Part shown: piece after piece, positions 28,001 to 43,100 of the stretch
How the letters are laid out: each line of letters begins with the position of its first letter
How positions within the stretch are numbered: position 1 is the first letter of the stretch
From: Fimbriosthenelais zetlandica
Lineage: Eukaryota
Length of the DNA: 64,000 nt
Assembly (NCBI GenBank): GCA_977030845.1
Contig: OZ365116.1
Span: 18,476,001 to 18,540,000 of the forward strand
Reading direction: 5' to 3'
Translations under genes and position numbers: made by a program
Notes under the pieces: model-generated
What the model was told of the DNA's origin: nothing
Seen by the model: the letters and a program-made list of their open reading frames with translations, nothing else
Database searches by the model: none

Positions 28001-31000
28001 GTACATCCCACATTTCCTCTGTAGCTATACCAGGTAATTGTGCATGTTAATGTACTGCCTGGGTATATAAGGCTCTGTGCTAAGTTTGGTCTGCTCATTA
28101 GTCAGTTTCCTTATTTAGCCACGAGGGGGGCCGGGTTGGCACAAGCCAAGGATACATAATATGTAGGTGTACATACAAGAAGTAGAAATGGTCTGGGAGC
28201 TGTTAAAAAATTATCATATTTTGTTCTCAAAATACTTAATGTAACACAATATTTTACATCCGTTATAGTCATTGCTTCAGTCTAAAGAGGGGAGCTATAT
28301 AGAGTAAGTAACTGAAGGGCAGTTCCTTTTCAGCTTGATCCTTAAACAAATGGTGATAAATTTATACATTTATAGCAGGATACAGATGTGCTAGGTTAAA
28401 TCTCTTTAAGACCTTCTCTATTGGACCATTGGATCATCTGACTATTTTGGTTCATTATAAATGAGATCATCATGCCCAGAATTCATATGAAATCAACTTG
28501 TGAACTATTTCTGCCCTACATAGATTCTCTACACTCTGTTATTTCATAGATGATGATACAGGATGACGAGAAACTGTTTTCACATAATTTTAAAGTTGAT
28601 AAAATATAGACCACCCATTACACTCACTCTGAGTATAGTAACCACTGGTACGGATATGAGTAAAATCTGTGGTCGTGATGTGACAGTGTTTTCCTGAACT
28701 CTTCAATATTTGGATAACCCATCCAAGCTTTTTCTCTGCCCACACTTTCCCCCTATTTGATGGGATAATTCACCACCACCCCTCAATAATGAGCCTACAC
28801 TGTAGAGTAGAGTAGACACTCGCCCACTACTCTTGAGGTGTAGTATTACAGGTGAGAAGGTACAGGAGTACCCCATGGTATCATACAGGTAGCCACCTGT
28901 CAGACCGCCAGCCTGCCATTGAAGCATTGACACTACATTTGTTCACTGCTTCTTACACAATGTCCTCTGTCTCCATTATAGTCATTATACTTGAATTAAC
29001 TGTTACCTAAATATATTTATGTTATATATTTGAGAAGGTTGATGGCCATATGGGACGTTGTGAGCATCAATTACATAAGTGTCCCTTTCCAGTTGGAAAT
29101 CTGTAAGTTTTATTTCCAAATATTTATACACCTTACTGGATGGTGGATTAGAGATTACAAAGATTGATTCTTATGAAAACATCTTGAACTGGATCATGAA
29201 GTGGTGAATTTCCATGCATTACTTTCTGGGTCGAGTAAAGACATTCAGCCATTAATTCAAACAGGTCAGGGACATAGGTAGGCAGACATGTCTCAGGTAG
29301 CGCTGGCCTCATTCCCCACCAGAAAGGGGGTGAATTATCCGGTTCAGGGGTCATATTTAAAAGCACGACCCATCTGGGTGAATCATCATATATGCCATGC
29401 ATATAAACCCCTATAGAAGATCAGTGGGCAAATTAGCTGTAATATGGAGAGTCACATCTCTATATGATTCAATGTCCCAAGTATATTAACAGTATGGTCT
29501 CACTTTATATCAAAATGATCTGCTATCATGCATTGCTCTCATGGCAAGACATAAGATCTGTTATTTGACGAATGATAATGAAGATCCGAGCTATATAGAA
29601 GGTGTGTACCTTATTATGTAGTAATATCAGGGTATATTGGGTAATTTCAGACAAATAGGATGTGACTGGATCGTTGCCGTTGATTACCCCCCTCCTCCTA
29701 TCTCTCTCCGTCCCAGCCCCCCACCCCCACCCACAACCAATATAAAACCACCATTAAGAGTTTCAGGCCTCAGAGAAAGTGGATTAATCATGGCCTCTAG
29801 TTCTAATCCGAGCCTTGGAGTAGAGCATACAGCTTATACAAACACCCATTATAGTACTCTGTGATGTAACCTGCTATATAGTCCCACACCACCACATTCC
29901 ACTGTACGACAAAATAAAGAAGGTACAAAAATAAACCTTAACCAATTTACATTTCCGAAAATAATAAAGACATCAAGGGCTCAGTAACAACCAATACATA
30001 CTGTACTACACATAATAAGGGATTTAGACCATAATAACATTTTTCCTGTACCTGTGGCTAAATTAATTATCGCCTAAGGAATGTCCCCTTAAGGCATAGC
30101 ATGTATACATACCTAATTGAAGGTCTCCTATTCGCCTTTTTCTTTGGGTTGAAAAACAATTCCCCACTATATCGACAGACCATTTCACAAGATCATTTCA
30201 GTTAGGAATCCGTAATCCACAATGAGCGAATCTTTCAAGCGTACTCCTAAATCTTAAAGAAACTTCACAATATATGGAACACTTGTTGAGAGGGTAGAGA
30301 CTGTAGCAGAATAAGTTCCCAAACAGGCTTGTGTAATGGTCGCTGTAAGTATGAGGCTATCCGGGATGTAGAAGGATATCTATCTATGTGGATTTAGAGT
30401 GATCTTAATCCGGCCGTGGTAGTGTGGCTGAGGTATCCAGAGAGTATCTTGGAGTCAGGTAGTGTCAGGTATAGAAGTATATATGTGTATAACAGTGGCA
30501 ATTGGATGACTAACACATCCGCTTTGTCCTTTAGTCCTCCTTTTCCCCCAAAAGCAGCACCACTACAGCTCTAACCTGTGCCACTCCAGTTGCTTTGGTT
30601 TTCTCTACACATCTAACACACACACACATTTGGCGACACCACACACATACACATGCACCCACACTCCTCCACGCCTGGCTGATTCTAGGCGACTATACCT
30701 CGTCTCCTCATTCTGACGACAGCAATCCCTCTCATGACATGTTTGGCATGTTTGTGAGTGACATTCTTAGAATGCCCAACTTTTCCAATGCAAATCCCCA
30801 CCTGGGAAGAACTTTACCATTGCCGCTTATTACAATCCGTGACGGAATAAAAGTTTTTTTCTCCAGTTTAAGTTGTTTTCTTGGAGAAAATATGTTGGCC
30901 AGGTAAAGGTGTGTAGGTTTGTGTGGAGCCAGGACTGACTGGGAGGTATAAGATCTATATTTGGCACACCTGTGGCTGCACATATGGGTCAGTAAGGTCA

Positions 31001-31835
31001 ACAGTGCATGAAGAAAAGCATTTGTTCAGCCACCATGGACCCTGTGGTAGCCATAGGCTTAAAGCTGGAAAAAGAAGCAGCAGGGGTCTGGGGGACACTA
31101 TACGTCCCGCATATCCTTAAATCCCAATTATTGTTTATCCCAAGCAAACATAATACTTTTAATCCGTCCTAATCCTTTGTTTTCCACAAAATCCAGACTG
31201 TCTGACGCGTATAGGTGGCAATTGTTATCTGTAAAGTTTGTTCAGGTGCCTACCGAAATAACATTTCTTTTACCTCGTAATAGTGGCATAATTGCATACG
31301 AAATTTGTTGTTCACAGTAGAAGGCCAGCCAAAGGTGAGTTGCCTCCCACACTGAAAGTGTTGGTAGAATGCATAAAGAGTCGTGACTATGCGGGCACTG
31401 AATGTGAACCGCTGTATTATTTTTACTGAGCTGAGGCCTCAATAACTCCCCGCGAAAAATACAACTTCTGTTTATGTACAATGGTCACTTAGCAAGTCTA
31501 TACATGGCGCTGCCTTCTTAAACTCTATTTCCTATAGAATAATGTTAACAAAATATAAGGTACATTTGTTGATTCTGTATCTAATTTTATTTTGTTTGCC
31601 CGCTTTTGAATTGATCCAATTACCTATGATGGGTTTAAAAAGTATTTTGGGGTTTGAACTGGGGTTAAAATCAAGGACGAGGTCACTCCAATGACGTACC
31701 CAAAAATGGAAACCAATGTTCCCAGCTTAACACCCCTCCTCTATTTAAATACCTATGTTGGCAGGTAAAACACAATTGCCTCCCCGTACTTGCTGGTACG
31801 GTCGGCGACCGTGGTGTAACGATTCGTGCCTGTCT

Positions 31836-31970
31836 TCAGCCCGCCCCCGCTATCCACCCTATCGCCCCAGGTGGGTGTGGCCAGAAGTTAGCATGGCCAT
31901 GAGGGTCCTACACATAGGTGACAAGGCCATAGGTTCTGGTATAAAAGAAGCGAAAGTGTAATAGTCAGTA
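31836..31970 (+). promoter_or_regulatory. Candidate Pol II core promoter (GC box, TATA, Inr), possibly for TRPA1
   Basis: Locally GC/CpG-rich, cccgcccc at about 31840, TATAAAAG at 31940 and TCAGT at 31965 (about 27 nt spacing). An acceptor near 34110 upstream of the TRPA1 ATG implies an upstream 5' UTR exon. The link to TRPA1 is inference. Confidence 0.4.
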
Positions 31971-34169
31971 GGGAAGATTTTATATTGGAATTGTAGAGCT
32001 GCTATAGTATTGGAATGGGCCACAGATTAATTAGATAAGAAATTTACATGTCATTATGATTAAAGAAGGATAATTGACATACATATCGAGGAATCTCCAC
32101 GCCTCGTTTCCTTAAGTTTGGATACAAGAAATATTTGGAGGAGTTTCTTTAAATTTGAATCATCAATTTTGAGATGAGACGGAACCGAAAAATTCATTAC
32201 ATCATCCATAGTCTATATATTCTATATCAATTGTGCTTCATTCCTTTTGTCTTTGGCATCCGATCAGAGTGTCCACTGTGTATATATGTATATGGATCCT
32301 TGTGGTTTCCTCCTCCTTGTTCATTTCCAGGAACTGCTGCACTGTCTGTCATATAACAGCATCTCTTTCATGTTATTGGGGCAAGTCCGGCTATGAGACT
32401 ACATCAGTTGAAATGTCTCTGTCAGGAAACCATCACAGGTCACTTCTGTGGTGAAATGTCTTTCCTTTCGATCCTTTAAAATCAGAATTTCCTAAAATAT
32501 ATGAGATTATATTGAATCCGAATAATATCCGTGTATATGAATTTAAGATTTGCCATAATATAAACTCCCACTACAAAATCATGAAATAATGTCCGAAGAA
32601 ATTATAGATATATATCTAAAGCCCAATGATCTAGTCTAATTTAGAAACTTTAACTGTACATTGGTGCTGTTACTTTTACTGCTCTACCATCGCTTTTACT
32701 CCTTGGATCTTATGGATCGTGCTGCCACCTATCAGGATCTTAGTGAATCTGTGAGTTACTTCCACGATTTATTGGTCCTACACACTGGTATATATATAGT
32801 GAGAAATGAATCCTAGATGGCATTGGCGTTCTCCCAAGCTATAGGACTTCCTCCAGGGAATATATATGTAGAAGTGAATTCCACGAGGGAACTCAACCCT
32901 CACCATAACAATATATAATACCCTGGGCCAGTTGGCGTATAGTTCCCATAGGACATAGAGGTTCCATTGGTCTATAGTGTTATACAACACTTGTTTCCAA
33001 TCTCCAACTATCATGTCAATTCGAATCATGCTCAGGACATGCACATTATTCTGACCTTTTTTAAAGAATGTCCTTATTGTTTTATTCCTCATCCGTCTAC
33101 TTATATTGAAATGAGGTTTATTATATTGTTCATGAGATGAACGAACATTTGATGTGCTATTACGAATCATATTAATTACTCTTCATATTAATTCCTTGGC
33201 ATTGTCTCCTGTGGATTCATGTGCTCATGACTAATTGATGGGAGAATGCTGTCACTGTGTCAGTGACCAGTGTAGTACCGGTACTGAGAATATAGGGAAG
33301 ACCAGAAATAGGACTGTGTAGTTGTATCGAAGGCTGTCATACCATGGCCAGTTAAAGATCTATATTAAATTTACCTAGACATAAAGCGCCAACAGATCAA
33401 AAGATCAAAGGCTAGTCCCAGGATTTTAAAACAAGCGGCTATTTTCTATTTTGAAAGCTATAATAGATCCGTGTGTATTATTAGAGGTTTGCACCTGTAA
33501 TGTTGACCTGTCCCCTCGATCCCGCTCACCATGTATAAACACCAGTTGATATTGACATGAATGGTTTATAGACCTGCCTACACCTGGATATACTCACTAC
33601 CTCACACCGCATGTACAGGTTAATGTGTCCAATCAATCCTCTATATATAGCTTTATATGCCTGCTCACCTCCTCTCACCTCCAATTACGTCTCACCAAAT
33701 GGTCATGTGTTATAGGACACCTGGATTTTACATTTCGTTTGAAAGGACATACTATTGAGATGGTATTTGTGGATTCAGTGATTTGGGTGGCAGCTATTGT
33801 CTTATATGTATAGGTTAGTACATGTCTCCATGATTGTTACTCACTGTATACTGTATAGTATAGAAGGAACACGGTGAGCTCTTGAGCTTGTGCTTCCATG
33901 CTAGATTTATAATAACATTGGTGGCTTCCATTGTTTTGAGCTGTGTCATAACCAAGAGGTAACAAGTAGAGAAAGTTAGCCATTGCCCGTGCCCTTTTCT
34001 CCTATACTACTCTCGGGATACTTAGTCATACTTGCTCTTGGTCAAGTTGGTGGGGTGGGAAATAGATATCTTTCCTTTTAGGTATAAATCATAATTTTTG
34101 TTGCATTTCAGTCGTAAGTACCCAGAATAAAACTCTACACATGACGTAAGTAACATCGCTGGTAACAAC

Positions 34170-37100
34170 ATGGAAGATGGGAGTAACTCCGACGGCCTTG
34201 CAACCAAGGAAAATGATAAATACTGTTCTTCAGAAGAAGATAGTATTTATAATTTTGATGGTAATTATCCATGTGTTATTAACTTTGTGTTTTTTCTGCT
34301 CTTGTAATATAACTTGCTACATTTCATATCATGATTTGTTATTAAGCCTTATATTCTGTCATACTTTTTATAACAATTTTGCTATAGATGTTGAAAGACA
34401 TGAGGGATCATTGGGTTTTGTGAATGAAGTTCCTGCTTCCAATGGAAATAACCGGCAGAAAAACGCTATCAATGCTGAAGAAGACAACTCAAAAAATGGC
34501 CACTACAAGATGAAGAAAAAACCTGGATATCTACGGAAAATCAAGAGCAATCGCTTCCTATTAGGTAAATATAATTCCCTATAGTATTAAGGTATTTGGA
34601 GGGTCCATACAGTGTATTGTTCTCTATCGCCTTTGGATCTTCAGTAGGGAAATAGAGTATATATTTTAGGCATCGTAATTTTTAAATTCTTTCTTATATT
34701 GAGATTGTGCATTGGCTGTTGGAAAGTTGCCTCAGAGAGGAACCAATGAAGGGTCAGATTAGTGCACCAGTATTGACTCAGACAGTGAATCCTGATAGCA
34801 AGATATAGTGCTCCAGACATGGGAGTGAAGCATTGAACTCAGTACTGCTGGTGACCTAGGGAGAAGGTGATTCTAACAGGAGTCCTTGGTGCCTCTAGCC
34901 TATTGCAGCAGAAATCTCCGTCAGGGCCTGTCACACTATTCAATACAAAGCACCGGGTGGTGCAGACCGTCAGCTTTAATCAGTCCAATATTGATACGGG
35001 TATTACATGTATATGGTGTCTCCATTGGCAGTCCACCAGCAGGAATACATTAGGATTGAGGGAGTGCTGCAAATGGACATGAGGTTTTTACTGGTATTCT
35101 AACATTTGACCGTCTATAACTGCTATCAGTCAGCTATAGGTGGCCCTGTATTATAGACAGCATCGATTGTGTGTGAGTACATTGTGCGTCTATATGTGTC
35201 ATGACTGTCGTCAGATCCTCTGTCGTATGGGTACGGGCCAATATTCACACTCGCTAGAGGGTTAGTAAGACATTCCTGGAATCTAGATTGTGCAAGAGAG
35301 TGCCATGCTGCACGGATCCAATACTCAGTCATCATGGATGAGGAGCGCCAACCACTGAGACCAAGTGGGTTTACTAATTTACAGATAATCCTTTTTCATC
35401 AATCATCATACTATCTTTTTTTTCATTAAGAGCGATCTTTGGATTTAGAGCTTTAATATTTGTATTATAGTCCTATTTATTTAGGCCACTATCGTTCCAT
35501 CTCCAATATACTGTATGGCCCTTCTATATATCGCATTTTTAGAGTTTTGTTCGACTGTTGTACAGTACCAGTATGAGTGTATGGGGATTTATAGATGATA
35601 TCCACAGGCACAATGACAATATTAAGGCTTGCACATAATCATTTTTCAAATGCCCTGCTTTTACATCTGTAGGCCTTATATTATTTTGTGTTTTATACAT
35701 TGGTCTACCGATTCTACGCCACATGGCTTCAGCTATAATGTCAATTTCACTGCCGAGAAATGTAAATATTAATGTTTATTTAAGGAGTCAAAAAAAGTCC
35801 ATTCTTTACATCTTGTGTATAGAGAGAATTATGTTGTGAATGAAAGTCTATATAATGCCCTTGGAAATACTCAAAATAATGAACAACTTCTATTAGTTGT
35901 TAAACTCTGAAAGTAGTTAATCAATATTTCTGGCCAATTTCGTTTATTGAAAGATGCATACAGGTATAGGCACATATAGCTAGATTAGCTGGCTTTTAAA
36001 GCTGTCACACTATTAGTTCATGGCTTTACCAGCTGAGGGCAGACTAGTCGGTGAGCAAGCCGCTTAGATCAACTATAACAACCCACATACTCCCCACAAC
36101 CGTGTGGAGCTGTTGCTATTTACACCTGAGCACATGAAGCACCTTAATCGCTTACTATTGTGTAATCCACAGGTTCACCCAATGATCAGGAACCAACCTC
36201 AGAAGATAGCGACCTTATAAAGAAGAGAGGTTCCCGATCAGACTCACAGGACTCTAATATAGAGCAAGGGGAAGAGGAAGGGAGCGGCCGAGCTCCTTCA
36301 CCTACAAGTTCTACAACCAGTTCCTCACAAATCATACATGTACAGGGAATAACAAACACCGCCTCTCACTCTGACCCCCACGACGAGGAGGCCAGGCCTG
36401 ACGAGGGTGACGAGGAACAACCCAGGGTGATTATTATACCCCCCGAGGACGAGGAAGACGAGGGCAAGATGGAGGGTGAAGAAGAAGGGGTAGTACTTAA
36501 TGGGGTAGGTGAAGACACCCCGAAGAGGAGTTTACTGGGCACCCAGGGAGATGTGGTACAGATGGCCAGCCTTATAACGAACCCTGGAATGAAGCGAGCC
36601 GAGAGTATGGACATCATCCACGCTTCTCTTCATCAGGTAATTACCAAGAATTTTAATGTTCAGGGTTTTATTAACCCCGGACTAGAACCCATAGTTTAAT
36701 TGTATTGTCATCAGTTGTAAGCCTATATTAATTGCAACACAATCAATAATATTTGAGGGAAAATACCTCTATATTATTTATAAGCTGATGAGCCATTAGA
36801 GATCTATAAGAATCCTACATCTTCCTTCCTTGATACATGAATTATTCAGTTTCAGTTTATCTTGCCCATTCATCATTATTTCCCCAACCTCCTAAACCCA
36901 CATGTATATTTGCCCTGCTCTCCTTCTAGCACTAATGTTCACCACTAATATAAATAACTGACCTTAGCATTCCTGAATTGCCTGGCCCTGATCCATTAGG
37001 CTACTCTGGCCAATGGCCATTTTGCACAGTAATTTTGTAAATGACCCTGTACAATATATTATAGGCCCCTGCTGGTGAATCCTTCTAATATGTATTCTTT

Positions 37101-40100
37101 TTGTGTATTCCAAGATATCAATGAACTTATTAATTCATATGACATTATTTGTTTAAGGATAAATGGCAGTAACCATGTACATACATGTCAAATCATACTA
37201 CAATCATACAATTAGAGTGTTTTAGAATGGTTGATATACCCTCATGTAATGTGATGTGATGTTCATTGCATCCTGACTAGATGACATCTATACTCTGACC
37301 CACTCTCTGTGCTAACTAGCACTACACGGGCTCTGTATATGACGCCTCACTGTGATGTAGCACATTACAGACAAACTGTCCTCTACTATAGCACCTAGTC
37401 AGGGTCAGGATCCAAACATGTCATAACACATCTCTTTCCCCTTCACCTTGTCAACATATCATAAAGCCAAACCTACATGGCAATCTAATCTTTCCCTATA
37501 GATATTCAGCAATCTGGTATACAACTTATCTGGAATAAGTGATTGAATCCCAAATAAATTTAAATAAAATGACTGATAATGTACCAATCGTCTAAAAGAA
37601 TCTTCTAAGTATTCAGCGATTTTAGAAATGTTTGTTTCAATTTTTAGTTGGCCAGAGATGGAGATGTAGAAACTATGAAAAGATGGCTCGCTACACTCAA
37701 AGGGAACGTTAGAAAGAAGGTGAACGTCCATGATGAGATGGGCTTATCTCCACTCCACTATGCTGCCCGCTATAACCATGTAGCTTGTGTACAGACACTC
37801 CTAGATTATGGAGCTGGTAAGTTATTAAAATATCTCATTTCATTTTTGTAATATTGCCTTTCAACATTCGTTAAAATACCACAGAGTGTCATGATTTGTA
37901 AGGCCCTATATACAGAATGAAGACCCGCATACTGGCCTCGATTCACCTGAGTTGAAGCTCCATTATTTGTATACAGACATTAGTGTTTACCTTGGATTAT
38001 GACACAACCTATGGCGTGCTATTGGCACGAGATACCCAAGTGCTAACCTCCAAACTGCCTTATTCTCCTTAGGAGTTATACCGATAGAAGTTTTACCTGT
38101 TCTAATTTACTGCTACCCCCTCCCTGGTATATAGCCTATACATATAGCTCAGCCAGCCGATCAGGCAAGACGTCGCACATTCATTAGTTACTGAGTCTTC
38201 ACGTATACCTTGAAGCTTTTCTAAGGCGTGGCGCTAATCCATACCTGTCATTCTCCCATAGATCTATGGATAAATGCCGAGTGCTAGGTTATACAACTTC
38301 AAAATCCCTTAACTTATAGAATTTATTCCTCTCAGGCCTTAAAGGTCGATATAAATGTTTAAATCCAAAATTATCCTGAAATATTATATTGTGGCTTTAA
38401 TTTCACATGACCTAAGATGCACCTGATATATTCACAGTTATAATGATGGCCTTCCTTGTGTTATCTATGTTGTTTTAGACGCTATTGTTTGATGTAACAG
38501 AGTGGAAAATAGCTTCCTTGCCAAGTTGTGATTACTGAAACTATAGTACGCAATATTGAATATGAGGATTATACATTGCCTGAGAGAATATATTAAATAC
38601 ATATGAATAACGGCTTCTATTTCTGCCCAGTCTACTCAAACTGGCTGATAGAGCCCTCCACTTATCTCTCTACAAACTAAAAACCATTAGTTGTGCTAAC
38701 ACCATCATCGAGATCAACTCCTATAAGAGTCTCCATAGCAACCCTCTAATTTATACAAACAGTTCACACCGATCTACTGCGATATCCTACCCATATTATG
38801 ATAAATAAACTTCATGGGCAAAACCTTAGTTGCTTCTGTGTCAGAATTTGGTGTGTGATCTGTGACCGTTTTAAAACAACAGAAGCCTTTGACGTGTGTT
38901 TCTAATCCTGCCATTTGACGCAACGGGCAGAATCAGATTGCCCCATGTTACCCGAAATAGCTCTGGATGGAGATAAATATTTGACTCATTCTGGAGAGAC
39001 ATCCCAAAATAATACCATGAAGGCAGTCTGACTCACTTCAGTTACCCCAAAATAGATTCTTGATGACTCTGTTCGGACTTATGTAAATGTCAGATGATGG
39101 GTTGAAGTATGTAATCCTCACCCCAAACGGATCGATATTCTATTCCTGAAGCATATTAATTCTCATATATTAATTCTCATATATAGCCTGGAAATATGGT
39201 CTAAAAATGGCATCATACACCGACTCAGCTCTCTGACTCATTCATGTCTTTCTATTATTGTCATATCCTGATGTCCTTTTAGAATAATTTTCAATAAACA
39301 AGGCTTGAGGAGCAATTTTAACAATTTTATTCGTAGTTTCTACGATGTGATAGTGCTTATTTCGAGCCTTGATATGGAGAGTCTCTGACTGCGCAAAATA
39401 AGCGTCTCTTCCCTTTACTTCACTTTTTTGCCTCTAATGTCTTAAATTTCTAATGATTTTGTTAATGTCCTTTACAGTCACTGGTGATGTGGATGCAGAA
39501 GGCGGCACTCCTCTTCACTTCGCTGCTCGTTACAAGCGGATGCGCCTCACTGCCCAGTCTCCCAGTGGAGACGGATCTGGCGATGTAAGTTTACCATTTA
39601 TACTCATAAAACATGATACAGTGTAAATTCCCAGCGTGATAAATGTTCCTGTTGTGTGAAATCATCTTAACTCTCTAATTACTAAGTTTAAATAAGATGT
39701 GTGTTGTATTGTAAACAATTAAATGATCATTTAACTCCTACTCAGAGGACTAAGCTAAGAGTCTATAGTGGTCTTTGGATTAAGTCAATTTTCAAAAATG
39801 TTAATCTTTCTGTAATAAAAATGTATTTCCTCTCCTGGTTGGATTTCATACTTTAGATTTATAAGTTGTGTGCATTTCCGTGTGTTTTTCTTACTAATGA
39901 TATTTTTCATCCCTGTTAATAACCTCAATATACAGGAGGACGAACTGGTGAGAAATAATGAAGTTTATTTCTATAAATTTCTCTTGCTTATCGGCTCTGG
40001 GCACAACCTTTTTATGGCATGCATGGCTAATAACACAGCTGTTTTGCAATTCTTATTGTCAGAAGTAATAATTTATCTTTGATAAAGATGTTTATCTCTG

Positions 40101-43100
40101 ATAAAGTCCTTTGTATAAGGTAGATCTATTCCACGAAATTGGTGAATTCTCAATATAGATCTGTCGCTTGTCTTTTTTTTCCTATTTGGTTGGAACTTGT
40201 TATCTGTGCTACCTTTATTGGGTCGAGCCTAGTCTAAATGAGATTGAAATACTACACACAAATATTGTATTGTCATTGATTAATAACCTATATAGCGTAT
40301 TCCACACTGATATTAGTTACTAGGGGGAGGTTGGCTCACCTTTCTTTTCAGAATCTACTAACTACTTTAGTAGGTTCCTGCATGCCTTAGCATACCGTCA
40401 TATTATTAGTATCTATGTCTGTTAATCTAGAAAATCTGGAGGTCGTTAGAAAGACCATGGTAGCATCTAGATTCTATTGAATGCACATCTTGAATCAATT
40501 GAAGATTACACATTGGTGATGATCTGTGCATTTGTGCATCTTTGTAATTGTTAGTTCTAGAGAAAGAACTTGCTATCGTATAATTATAAATTAATTGTAA
40601 TAAAAATATACCTCATAAATAGCTTAAACACCTGGAGATGGTTTGACTAATGATGTGAATACTTCCCTTTCATTTAGGATGGACTCTCTCAGAGTGATGA
40701 TTTGGATCCAGAGAAAAGTGTCATATTGTACCTGATAAAAAAGGGAGCCAATCCTAATGCACAGGACATCTATGGCTGCACACCGCTCCACTTTGCTGCC
40801 ATGAGAGGCAACGAGGTAGCCACGAAACAACTCCTACATAGTGGCAAATGTTACATCGAGGTATGTATCAACTGATAATGTATAAAAACACCTCCTGATC
40901 TACAATGGTTTCAAATTGCCATTTATTAATAATATTAATAAATAAAGTGGACAATATGATACATGTATATTGATTGTACTTTTTAATCCCCTAACAGACC
41001 ATTGACAAGCAGAAGATGACGGCGCTACATCTAGCCGCGTCACATGATGAATCTGAGGTGGTACGCATGCTGATAGAGAAGGGCGCGAACCTACAATGTG
41101 AAGATGAAGAGAAATGTATCCCACTTCACTTCGCCTGTATGGAGGGCTCACTTGAAATAGTCAACATGATCCTAGAAGCTGCTGAACAAAAGGATGGCTG
41201 GGTGACAGTGTCTCAGATGGTGGCGTCACAAGATAACCAGGAGAATACGCCCCTCCACCTGGCTGTAGAGAACAGATCTCTAGATGTGGCCAACATCTGC
41301 ATTGAGAAAAGTTAGTTTTAAAACATCTTTTTCACCCTTTTTAAACATAAATGCATTTGAAATTGGAAAAGTTAGTTATAAAACATATTTCCCCCTTTTT
41401 TAACCATATATGTATTTAAAATTGGAAAAGTTAGTTTTAAAACATATTTTTCCCCTTTTTTAAACATAAATGCATTTAAAATAGATTTAAATAGATACAG
41501 AACATAACCGTATCTTTTGTCGTCAGACGCTGATGTGAACATGACCAGGAGTAACTACATGACGCCGCTTCACCTGGCTGCTGTGTCAGGAGAACTAGAG
41601 ATCGTCAAGTTACTGGTAGCTCATAATGCTCGAGTAGACGCGCTCAATATCGACCAGCAAACCCCACTACACTGTGCTGCCGAGTATGACCATGTCGATG
41701 TGGTGGAATATCTACTAGACAAGTAAGATGATTGGCTTTAAATCCAACCTGAAAAAGGCACTAAGCAAGATGATTTAGACATTCAACTCAGTATTGAAAT
41801 TGAAAGTTGACCTATCTTATGTTTTGTTATCCAGGGGAGCCAAGATCAACCGTCATGACAAAGATAACTACAGTCCATTACTACTGGCCGCTGTAGAGGG
41901 GAACCCCAGCACCCTGGGTACTCTGCTCAGACGAGGTGCCAATCTCTACGACGTGGATAAATGTGATAAAACGGCCCTATTCCTGTCAGCTGAACAGGAC
42001 CAGATAGAGGCCCTACGGGTACGGACTATATCTCTCTCATCTATGTCTTAATATCCTGAATAAATTGTGTTCAGCTCTCAATCTCTGAATTAAGGAACAA
42101 GTGATATTGTATTTGGCAGCTGATTATTAACAATCTCTTTATTTATTTCAGATTCTGCTGAGTCATCCGAAAGCTAAACGTCTCATGGATTTAAGTGATC
42201 GGTATGACAACACACCTCTCCATGTCGCCGCCCAAAATGGTTTCCTTAGTATTGTCAAGGTAGGCATGGACCTTTATTGTCTATTAGTTCTCTGGAGGTT
42301 GATAGTCTGCTGTTCCCTCCCTAGCACGGAGGGCGGTGAAGATGTCTATGATAATTAGCCTATTCCATAAGTTGAAAAACACATATATGTTATTACTTAT
42401 GTTCTATTACTACCCAATCATATTCTGCTTATCTTTGCGTATATATGTCTTGTTCCATACTTGATTGGTTTCCATTGGGAATGTCCTGTAGTCAGGTAAA
42501 ACTTGTGAGGTAATATTTAGAGAATCCACTCTTTCAGGAATTAATTAATGCTGGTGCTGATATGGAGTTTAAGAATGAGGAGGATCAGACGCCCATTCAT
42601 GTGGCTTCCATGAATGGCAAGACAGCGTAAGTCTGCAGTATTAGAGGCAAGGCAAGGTCTCCAGTTATGAACCACACGGGCTAAAGTAAAAACTTAACCA
42701 TCTTACCCTCTAAATCCTGAAAATTCTGTAAAATTTGTGATAGCATTCATGATCAACCATTCCGAGTTCTGTACCACAATTGCTCCAAAATTACTGCTAT
42801 TTTAATTGATTATTGACGATGGTTACTTTGCCCACTGTGGATCATATCATAAGAGGTCTTTATGGATGTTTTCAGCTTTAACTTTCCAGTCGTGAAGGCC
42901 CCACTTATTCCCCTAATCCCCTTTAAAATTAAGGTCCCTTATGCATTTTTCTATGACCCCATCCAATACAGTCGTCCACCAACTTTTTAAATCAATAGCA
43001 ATCTTTGTATCAATAGTCAAAGTGCAATGTTTCTTATCGTTTGGCTCCCTAATTTCTATTTAACTTTAGTTATCCTCACTTTGTAATTGAATGTAATTTT

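Noticed and set aside
34700-35340. Nested gene in TRPA1 intron 2
   Set aside because: All frames are interrupted by stops and no domain is recognisable.
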